From Balanoglossus misakiensis (taxonomy: Eukaryota; Animalia; Hemichordata), in assembly GCA_040954595.2 (NCBI GenBank), contig CM082576.2:10667129-10731128 (forward strand): DNA of 64,000 bases, given 5' to 3'. The translations under genes and the position numbers were made by a program. Positions 40,601 through 52,600 of this stretch are shown here, one piece after another (position 1 is the first letter of the stretch; each line of letters begins with the position of its first letter). The notes under the pieces are model-generated. The model made no database searches, was not told the origin of the DNA, and saw only the letters and a program-made list of their open reading frames with translations.

Positions 40601-43600
40601 TGATCAGAAAAACACTATTTACACATTTTTAGTATCACAACAATTAGCGTAATATCAAATAACCAAATAAAACAAAGTTGTTACACTTGATAACTGGGAA
40701 GAAAGAAAGTACTCTGCCTACCTTTTGACTGTGTCGAACATAGCAGTTTCCACACCACCCAGCCAGCTCTCCACTGGTCCTCTAGCCCTGACATTCCTAT
40801 TGAAAAACAAGAAAGGTTCCTGATTAAAGCTCTGTTTCAAGATCTTCTGCCACTGGACTGAGACTTATACCATTATCTGGCAGGGAGGGTCGAGGGGGTG
40901 TAAGGGTGGCAGTAATGACAGCTCGCAGTAAGAGTCTTTGATTGACAGGTTCACATCAGCTACACTTGAATCACCATGACTGTCAAGTCAACCACTACAG
41001 AGCTACATGTATGAGAGCATGCAACAGTAAAACGGATGGCAACAGATCCTGTTGTGGAATAGATACAGATATTAAGACACCAATACTCACTTGGGCATGG
41101 TGATGGCCTCTCCCTCTGCAGATATCATTGTACGTACTGTGGGCGGCAATTTGGGTAGACGCACTATTTCCAGCGTCTTGATGTTGCCGAAACACTTGCC
41201 AAGATGGGGCTGCAAATAAAAGATTTACAAGACAATGAAGGAAAGACTGCATGAGTAAATTTACTTGAGGTTATATTCACAAAATTTTGGTACCACATAG
41301 AGACTGTTCACATCCCTTACCTGCACTGCATCAGGGTTTTTGCTCTGTGCCAGAATATCCAACAGCTCGTCGTTGCTGAGGAAGTAAAATCTTGGAAAGA
41401 CAAGTCGCTTGGTTTCCAGGTAATCCTGGTGAAGAGTGACAACAACAAAGTTGGATGGGTGACATGAGATTTGTGATTATAGATTTTGGATGATGGCGAT
41501 GAGTATTCAAAACAGACAGTGTACCGGTACTGCAAGAACATCTGATCTTAACTTTTAAGGCACGGTACTCCCCGATACTACATTTAGTGCTTTCACAATA
41601 AAGAGAAAGTGTCTAAATATTATGATATCATGATTCTAAAATATCCAGATGAAAGACTTGTTTGTTTGAGCCATGAGCCTGGGCATAAACTGATCAAAAA
41701 CAAGCTTTGAGAGGACACTGACCAAAAACAAAAAGGGACATACCAACCTAGAATTTTGACTTCAAACTCCGGAAAATTAGTAACATTTCAATGCAGTACT
41801 TACCTCTAGACATTTGTGTATCTTTTCTAAGTTTGAATTGCTTGACTGCAGTATTTCCAAGACCCCTGGTGCGGTGGCTGATCTCAATGCATTTGGTCTG
41901 TCCTCGGTTCTCCTCATAATGTCTTTCCATGACTTGTCGACTTGTGCAAACAGCTTGGCTTCATTTGGAAGTTGTCTGCAAATCAAGAGTTTGACATTTC
42001 ATTATTTTCTTGACAGAGTTGATATGCTTCAAGAATGTCATCAGTGGGTGTAAAATGCTCTGGAGTTGAAGTAAACTACTGCTGTGAAAAAAGTGGCGGT
42101 TAAGTCGACAGTTACCTCTGAATGTCAGGAGTAAGGAATATCTGCTCCAGGTAGAGCCAGTTGCGTTGACACGTCATCCATTCATCCAGGGTACGCGAGA
42201 ACAGACTCAGTTTTCTGTCCCAGTCGTCAACTAAAGCCTGAAAGAAATACAGCAACGCTGTGTTACTTGATCACGTTATGTGATTCTCACGTTACAGTTA
42301 GCAAAATCTGACTTTCTAGTTCAACAATACTGTACATATACGACCAGTTACAAAATCACATCCAAAGTCATACGTGACGAAAAATCTCAGTGACTTTACC
42401 TTGATGGGAGTGACGTATCTTGATCCTCTGATGGTTGATATGGTAACCTGGCTTTCTTCCAGCTGAGCCATGATATCATCAGCCCCAGCGATGATCAGCA
42501 CATCGTTTCGACCACTGTGCTGCACCAGACGGAAATCGGTCTTCTGCCACAGATCTATGACCTACACGAGAAAAATGTGTAAAGTGCCAATGATTGAGGT
42601 GGATCAATGCAGGGATGGATTACTGGTACCTATCATGTTTGCTGTGTTGCTATGAAAAGGTTGTTGAGTTGAAAAACTAACAATGCAAAAAAATAATGAG
42701 ATAAAACATAAATTATCAATAAGCGCAACTGACCTTATTCAGCATAACTTCCAGGGTAGCCTCATTACTGGCTTGGGTTGATATATCATTGATTTTCTCT
42801 TTATGGTGGAAGATCTGAATGTAATAAACAGAAGCACAGTTGTTCATTGTCCATTACAGATAAAAACAGTACACACACAGTGTTCTCTCATTTTGAATTG
42901 TTTATATACATGATAAAAGACAGAAAAATGTTTTCCAAGTAGACTAACTCAATAATCTGTGTACACTTCAGCAATAAAATTTAGGGCTTTCAGTTAAAAA
43001 AAACACTGTCTAGACTGCAAAGCAAACCAACCTCAAGTTCCAAGAGATTTCCAAGTGTGAAGTTCTTGTCTCTTGCAAAGTTTCTTCCGATTAATCTCTG
43101 AATCTCATCCCAGTGTCTGGCTCGCAGTGAAGGATTGCGAAGTGCCGTAATGACGGGCATGCCCTGTTTGAAATCCAGCACTATCTCTTTGAGTCTTGGC
43201 AGCACTTCATTTGGTGGCAGACCTGTCGTGGTACAAAAAATTACGGATGTTCATCATCTGCTCTTTAAAATGTTGCTTTGAGGAATAATACTAGAAATCT
43301 GCATGTCACATGCATTGCATTTAATTTTTATGTCAAAATTATTTTCCATAATTACTTTTTTCGAAATGATTCACACTTCACATGAAAGAGCACAAAAAAA
43401 AACAGAACTGCAGCATCCCTTTTGAAGACAACATAATGATGAACATTTCTAAACAACAAGCTCAAGACATCTACCTTTTTCCAGCATAAACACTGTCTGT
43501 GTAAACTTATTGACATTTTTCTGCAGGTAGTCGACATTGAGTCTGTCAAACCGGGTGGCAGTCCATTCCTCTTGCAGCTTCGACCACTCATCTGTGGATT

Positions 43601-46600
43601 CCCACAGGATCCGTCTCAGCTGCAGGTCGCGCTCTATTTCGGACAGGTCCGAGAGCACCTCTTGTGCGTTCATATCATTGTCGTGGTGGTCAGCCAGTAA
43701 ATATTCCCTGTGGAAATGAAGGAAGGAGACAATTGTGAGACAGAAAATGACAGAAGAGTTGTCGACTGAGAAAATCAGTGGCAGTAAGTTACCCTTTCAG
43801 TGAACAAAGATTCAAAACACATCCAGCAACTCACTCTGAGAATCCTCTCATTTTAGACTGACTGGAGATGGAACTGCCGAATCTGTCCTGGTAGCTCGCA
43901 TAGCTCCTCGCCTTGATGGACACAGCACTGACATCGTCGCCGATCAATTTGAGGTTCTCCGTGGCAACGACGGGCAGCGTGTCGGGACTGAGCAGCACGG
44001 GGGCCCTCACACGACTCTTGATCTCAACCAGTTCGAATCGCAACTTGTCGATGTGCTTGTTGAGGTCGTCGCTGTACTTGCGAATGTTGTCGTCTTTCTT
44101 GGCCTCACAGTACAGGATCAGAGACTGTTTTTGGAAAGGAAAACCACAAATTCTGGATTCATTGTTTTTTGACTGTACAATCGTGTAAAATGTTCATTGC
44201 TATAGTAAGTGATAACTTCTAATATGCAGGTGGATACGTGTACCTGAGAGACACAGTATAAATAACTAGAAGAATATGTCCGTGTCCTCCATCTGATAAT
44301 CACCCTTACACTTGCCCCCTTCCACCCTATAACCAACCCAAATGTTCCAACTGCAGGTCTTTGTTTGATTTTTCAACGTTCTGTTTTATGTTCAAAATAC
44401 AAGAGGGTTTTCAAGACTATGCAACTTTATTTTGGGTCATCCATAAACTGTACCTTCAGATGTTGGAAGCTGGGCATCAGAGTCTGATACATGGCCAGCT
44501 CTTCGGGTTGGATGGGCACATTGAAGTCTCTGGCTATGGTGAAGAGTTTGTTGACAACTTGGAATTCTTTCTCCAAGGCCGGCAGCTCAGAGCCCATTCT
44601 ACCGAGGAACGACAGGTGCTCAACAAACTCCTCTACAGACTCCGGGGCATGGTCTAGTTTCTTGGAGGCACTCTGAAACGCAATGACAGAAGGGATGAGT
44701 TTGCAATGAAATAACACATGATTGCTACACTCCGCTAATGAGGGGAGACATGGATTTCTGATGAAACACCCTGATAATCTTTCGTACAAGCTGATAGGAT
44801 CTCTGTAGGAGTGCAAATTAAACTAAACCTGAAGCCAATTCCTAAAAATATACCACAATTTTTTTGCATCAAGAATCTCATATTTAAAGATGTTTTTCAA
44901 ACTTTCTGAAACAAATCAAATTACAGTATTACATTTTGACAACAACAAAAAACAGGATGTTATTGAAATTTATGACAATGATTTTAATTATCTGCCAAGA
45001 CAAATTAGCCGTGACAAACTACAGTATACATGTACATGTAGTAATGTGTGCAGCACATTGTCAGCAGACTCACCTTAATCACAACCAACAAATCTTCATT
45101 CCTCTTGTTGATAATAATTGGCATCCTCCGATTGACAGCAGATATGATTTCCCTGGGATAGGGCAGACACGATTCCCGGTAACCTTCGGACAACACGTGC
45201 ACCATTCCACTCCTTTTGCTTATTTCCATCTCTTGCATTTCATGGATCTGGGAAACCAGAAATTGTGCTCGGTCAATTCTTTCATTTCTTGTGTTGGGGT
45301 GGTACATATTTTACTTATTCATTACTCATTGCATGACAGGCTGTGGTTTTGGTTCTGGGGCAATTACCCTTTGGACATTAAACACCCCCCCCCCCTCCTT
45401 TAACACTTACCCAGTATCTAAACTCAACCAGCGGGTGGGAAATGTCCATGGTCCAACAACCAGGTGGTGGCACCCTTTTTTGTCTAGATCTCTGCTTTCC
45501 TTAGTAAATATGGTTTAATACATTTGCATATCAGGTGCCTGTATGCCTTTACTAGGTTGACGCACACATTTAAAGGCTGTTTGTTTAAAAAACGGATTGC
45601 CATGTTTTGGCGAAGATTTTACATGTACCTGTTGTGAGTGTGTTGACAAGACGTGATGGAACTCCTCTGTCGTCCACTCTCGCCTATCCATCGACACATC
45701 CACGCTGACTCTCCGTGCTCGGTCCACCATCACAGAGAAAGGATCAAAGTTCTGTGAAATGAAACAAAGACGGTGCAAATTGAAATCAGCAAATAGCCCA
45801 AGAAATGCTTAATGAAACCTAATAAGTTCTTCATGCAATGCATAAAGTACAGAAATATTTTTCTAGACACTATATAAAATAAGTCCACTTGTAAAATGTC
45901 CCAAAGGTCAAACTGATGACATTAAGAAAATGTACCACATTCACCCTCACCTTGGCGTAAGTTGTGACATCATGGATGTTCCCAGTGAGCCTCTCCATGA
46001 CCTCTGACACCATGGTCTGGTAGTCAGGGTCCTCGCCGAAGAGGAGTTCAACGTCCGGCCATGGTCTTCTGTTGGCCAGACGTTCCAACTCATCCTCCTC
46101 GTCCACTGATAACTTCAACTCATAACTCGGTGTTGCCCAGAACATGGACAGCTGTGGCTCTCGTTGTAGTCCCCCAACTTGACCTGTGGGGCAAATGTAC
46201 ACATTTTATCACCAAACACTGCTGTGCCCTACACTAACTCTTGGAAAGTGAAATACTGCAATGTTAAGTATATGCTGGCATACCAATATGCGAGCACTGT
46301 ACATGGAAATTTGAAATTACTGAGGTTTTCTCTCAATGTATGTGTGTATGAAGGAAAACCCTTCAAAGAAAACTATACATGAAACTTATTGAGCATATGT
46401 CTGTTTCCACTGTCTGCAAGAAATTTTACAACACTTCCTTGAGAAAGATATACATGGGACTCCAACATACCGACTGTGTGTTCAAATCCTGCTATTACAC
46501 CTCGGACTCGCGACAAGAAATCGCCTTCTGAAGGTGACAGTTTCACTTCAACTCTATGCACAATTGGTTGTGGGGTTTCAACAGAATGTGGTCTGTAGGC

Positions 46601-49600
46601 GGAAGAAATTGGACATGGAAAAAAGGAATTTTATACAGACATACTGGTACTTTTTAATATGAAAATTGAAATTGGGTCTCACGTCATTTCATACATTTGT
46701 GTAAGGAATTAGGCATTCACATTTCGATCTCACCTCTCTGGATATGCAAATCCTGCACCTCCTTTGTCATCCACTGCTTCTGCTAAGAATCTGTTCGAAG
46801 TGTCATCCCTATCAACCTCACTGTCTTCACTCTCACTTTCACTCTCTGCAAGAGAAAACAGAAAATGGATAAATACATGTAGCACATCACCAAATTACTT
46901 GTTGCTTCTGCATATGGCTAGATGGAATATACTGGTGTCTGTGCAAAAAATCAGAGTCGCAATTTATGACGAGAGCAGTTTCTTTTGCTGTCTATGAAAC
47001 GGGGGATTTGTCCTACCTGAGGAACTGGAGAGAGGTTCGTGGCCGGGGAAGGACACCTGCTTCTTTCTCTTGGATATCTGGCTCATTTCGTCCATCATGC
47101 CGGCAGACTCCCTACTGAATACGGAGTCCGCCATACTCACACCACCCCGACTGGTCGGCTTGGACATCACACTGGAAGGAGGGATGAAGCCGTCAAAACA
47201 TAACGAAATAAAATACAACACCACCAATGTCACTGGCAACATCCATTTTCAAATTCATTTCCCCAATTTGAAGGAATGAATTCATTTGTTGAAAAAATTA
47301 TCGTAACAAATACATCAATGGTAATTACAACACTGAAACTAAAGTATTTTCTTTTGCAAAGTTCATCAGTAACATATATAGCTGTGAATTTCAATTCATT
47401 ATTCACAATTGGATTAGTGAAAGCAAGTGAAAAACAGACCATCACGTGCACATCTTCAACAACACAGTTATTATAAAACATAAAATTCTTGTCCCCAATC
47501 CTTGCCATGAGAGGTGACATTAAAATCACAAACAAAAATCTCAAATGGTCCATTTCACCACACTGATACAGAAAGAACTACACACTGAAAACTACATTTA
47601 TGTCATATACAGCACATGTGATAAATCCTTTGAAACTGACACAGAACAGGTGTAGGGAAATGTGAATCTATCTTGATCATCTGTCCTGACCCCTCTCTAG
47701 GAATATACTAGGTTGGGGTTATTACACGCAAAAAATACTACCGGTATGATCCACCACCAGGCTTAGATGCTATAAACAAAAGAGTCTATTCCCTCTCAGT
47801 TAGGGGTGTAGAGTTTGCATTTTATGGGAGGGTGGATGAAAAACCCAAATATCATGTCACAGACACACCGGTATAAGAATAATTTTGTTTTAAATGTTAA
47901 GAGGGTGAGATGCACACAAAATAAAATCACACACTTCACATTTAGTGTACTATTAGAGTCTCCATCCCAGCATTAGTGAAATGTACACAGAGTACCATAC
48001 ACTAAATGCTAGATTCACTGTACAACACGGTATACAAACCTGGCTTCTGGCATAGGTTGTAGAGATTGACGTTTGGCATGCACTGATTTGGAACGTCTTT
48101 GGCAGCAAGAGTGTAAGAAAGTGCGGAGTGAGAAAAGGTCATGTAGAAGCTCAGCTTTACGAGAAAATGTTACAGCAGTTGTACCTGGCTTTTTCAACCA
48201 AGAAAGTCACCACACTGGCACAGTGACAGAAAGATGCCTTTTTGTTGTTGATGAAGTATTACAGATAGGCTCATAGGTAGCATGCACAAGGACACTTGCT
48301 GCCATTTTGAGAGATGAAAAGTTAACAACATAGCTCCGTTTGAAGATTATCAGTCATCATGCAATGTTTTATCAGAAGATCTTTAAGTTGACCTACATGT
48401 ACAAAGGTGAGGCACAAGCATGCATAGTTGACAGAAGAAAGTAATGTTATCGCTGCCTGCACTTGATACATGTACTTCTCCTGACATTAATTCTATCAAC
48501 TGGATGGATGGTGATACGGAAATCTTGATGTGTGGCCGATGGAATATGAAGATTTCCTAGCAATTATTTGGGGTTAAAGATATAATGAACATCCAAAAGC
48601 CTTTTGGAATCATGCACTCTTACTGTAATATGAAAAAAGCTAAATTTAGCACGATTTTAGGCAACACTGAGGGAATTACATTCATAAAGACGTGCTGATC
48701 ATAAAGGGAAAGCTTGGACAGATCTAAAAGAACTCGACTGACCTTGAACTTCTGGACTGGGAGTGTTCAGATGCAATATGCACAGAACTGGCAGCCCTGG
48801 ACAATGGTGGCACGTCTAAAACCAACTGCAGTTCAAACACTGACTCTGGTGGCATTTCCACTGCCTCCATTTCTTTGATTTCTCTCAGAACCTGACGGGA
48901 GACAAGAATTTTCGTGGTTGAGATAAACGTATGAAGAACACTAGGAAGAGACTATGTACACAATGATGGACTTTGTGATAACGTACAGGGTCTGTCTTGA
49001 ATTGTATGGAATATTATCAATCTGACTATGTACATGTATGTATGTGCAACTTTGCTGGACATCACAATGTCCTCATATTTTAAGCTCTCCCAAGACATGT
49101 TTTGCATACAGTGTATTCCTTTTTTTATCTGTCTCAGGTTTCCTTTGGGTTGGTCAACCCAGGTATTACAACTGGATTTACAACTCTTTTCAACATGGTA
49201 GAAATAATCTGATATGACATTGAATCATTCCTTGGCTATGTCCTGTATACCAGTGACCTATCATGACGTGCCTAGTCCAATACCACACTCACCTCGTCTG
49301 CATCCAGAACCTTTGGTCCTGTGTCTTCAGCCGGCTTGTCAAAGTCGAACTTTGGAATGATCTTCTCTGTCTTCATTCCCCTTTGAGAGTGGGCTGTAGA
49401 CGGACGACTTCCGTCCTCACTCCCGGGCATATAACCCATCCTTCTGACTACAAGTGGGGAAAATGAGCCATCGTCAAGATTTCACGCCATGAACTACACA
49501 CCTGTTTGTAAGCTACGTGTGCCCTAAAGACTTTCCCTCACCCCACACAGACCCACACACAAACCTCTCAGCACACATACGACAAAACCTGTCAACACAC

Positions 49601-52600
49601 ACATGCACTAATATTCAAATGTACATACAACCACCAAACCCAGACATCCACCCCTCTATACCCCAAAACACCATCTACACACATACACACCAAAATCCAA
49701 GTTGTAGTAGTTTGTCACTACTGTTTGAAAACTTTCCAGTAGTCACAGTTCAGTATGCAGATTTAATAACTGACTTGCTTTTGTTATGAAAAAAGATGCA
49801 GCTAACGTGGCTTTAATCCTCTAACCCTTTCACCACTAGTTTCCTCTATAGAGGTCCATTTTGCCATAGAAAACGATGGGTTTGGACTGAACCATGGTGG
49901 TGCACGGGTTAAACAAACTCACATGCTTGTCTCTTGGGCCGCCTGAACTCTTCATCTTCGCTATCACTTTCACTGCTGCTGCTGCTCTCGCCTTCCATGT
50001 GCTTTCCATGGGCGATGGATCCGTCGAAGAATTCCAGAAGGTGTCTAACGGCTGTCTTTGTCAATCTGTGAAGGAGATCCAGGATGATGTAGTCGGCCGT
50101 CCTCAGGAATGCCGACAGCCTGGCCAGGATGGCTCTCCACTCGGCTATCTGTGTGAAGGATGGTCCTTCTCCTGATCGAGAAAAAAAAATGGAAAGATAA
50201 AATGTGATAAGTTTAGTGACGTAAATTGTGAATCCTAGCTGTATGTTTGATAAGAAATATCTACATCAAGGTAAATTAATTTACCTCACTATAAATAAGT
50301 CATTTTAATATTTTGAACTGTTTGCATACAATCCTTATCCAGCACCTTCTGTAAAGCACATGAGAGCACAAACAAAAAATGATAAATTGGTACATTCATG
50401 AATAAAAAAAAGCAGAGCTAACTTCTCTTTTCTCCTGGTTTAAGTTTCGTTTTCTCAGCACTCTTCTTCTTGATCGCTGGAGTGCCAGCCCTGATACCAT
50501 GTGTGATGCCTTCCATCTCAGCAACTCTCTGAAACCAAAATGAAATCATGTGATCATTGACTGTTTAAGGAATGCTGTTCAGATGCATCAAACTATGACA
50601 TCAATATTTCAGTGCAACTGAGGCAATACAGACACTAGGTAATACTGCTTTGGCCTGAGGACTGGACACATGCATAGATTTCACACTTCAAGAAGAAATG
50701 GGACGTGCAGTGACTGAATAAATTAAAAGGCCTATCATAGTGAATTGCTGGTTTGATTGATACAGATATTTCTCATCACACAGACCAAAAGACTTGAACT
50801 TACAGCGCAAGACTCCCACGTCAACTTGATGACCTTCCCCCTGAGCTTGTGGAGCTGGGCCAGAGCCGTGTCGCCCTGCTGCGCCTGTGTGGAGCAGAAT
50901 TCGTCCAGCGTCAGCGTGCAGTACTTGTCCAGCTGCACCAGGGAGATGCCCTTCTCCGCCGTCCCGACGCCGGTCAGACTGCCGGACGCTGACTCGCACA
51001 TTCCGCGGATGTACAGCAGGCACCGCTGCAGGATCTCGTTGGCTGCAAACAGTTGCTTTGTCATGATGGTTCTGAAAGTGTAATGTAATGAGTGAGTGTG
51101 AATTAGCATTATCAGCAAGGCGTACTGTGATGGACAGGACAGTTACACTCTTATTCTCCTCTAGGTCGAAACAGAACTGGAGATATAGCACTCTGTTTTT
51201 TTTTTGCACTACAACAGTAATAAATAGGAAGCACTGAGTATGTAGAATAATAACAAACATGATGAAAACAGGAATCAAGAATGACATAAATTAAACTGAC
51301 ACTTACTTGCTCCCCGACTTCTTCTGTGCTCTGACATTCATTCTCCACTGGTTGAACTGTTTCCATATTCTGTAAAAGTCGACAATTTGTCATTTTTCAA
51401 GACACATATATAAATATATGGGAGATTTTTTCTGTAACCACATTATGACAACAATGGTTGAATGTCATATAGAGTCTGGGATGAAGGTATATCTCATCTC
51501 ACCTGAACTGTCTGAACACAGGCAGATCATATATGATATAGAACAGCCTCCTCTCCTGAAGCCATTGCATTACGGGAGTAAACAACGCCTTATCCTCTGG
51601 TAAGTCTTCATATTTCTGAAAGATGTAGGTAAAAAAAAAACATCAGACCTCTCCATGAGCGTTTTCAACCCTTCAATCCCAAATTTTCCGAAATATAGTT
51701 TAGCACGCACAGGACTAAAATTTGTGCTATATGTACATAATGTAGAGCAACAATACATTTGACTGAGGACCTCCTGAGATATTTTTGAGAGATACAAATT
51801 TTATTATTGTAGTACACGCCCTGGAGACAGATTTTCAGTAAAATTGTAATGCTTCAAACCTTTCAATTTTTGTATATCTTTAAGTGTTTGAAGAGTCTTT
51901 TTGAAAACAGTGATGAGAAAGCTTTATAGCATCCACCAGACACAAACAACTCACTAAATTTTGTACATCCCTAATTTCAGTGCTCAAAACAAAAATGAAA
52001 CCTATACCATGGTCACACAGGTTCCGCTGAGTGTGAAGAACTGTTTTGCCGAGCGAGCCCGATGGGCGGACACCACTTTCAGATCAAACGGGTTATAGCG
52101 CCCTCTAGGATCGTCCCTGTTTCTTGGCAGTGCGTACAAAAATTCACCATCATCCACAAAGTCTTCTAATAGATGCTGAAACAGACAGGACAATTTTTTT
52201 CACACTACTCTGAACAAGGTGTTCTGTATCTCTGTAGCAGTGTAGTTCCATATACGAATTCCGGGTGGCTGTTGATTGTATCTGAATTCAATATGCAAAA
52301 AACACACAAATATTGGGGTCTGATAACAAAAAGTACATGTACCTTAATTGGATCATCTATTCTGTCTTCTATTCCTTCCATATCCTCTTTTATACTCGGA
52401 CCATAATGTGGTAGCTCTGTTACCAATCCCAGCTTCTTGCGCATTCTTATAAGGTGATACACTGCGTCGTCATTCTCAGGTTCTGTTAGTGCAGAAAAGA
52501 AAAAAACAATACCATCACTGACGGGTTATCCTCCATCTTCACATATCAGTCACAGAAATGAAGTGGGGTTTAGAAGCTGTACACAATTGAGAAGAAAAAC

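Noticed and set aside
48450-48556. Additional cassette exon in the 47171-48743 intron
   Set aside because: The phase-2 reading hits TGA and no convincing donor precedes it.
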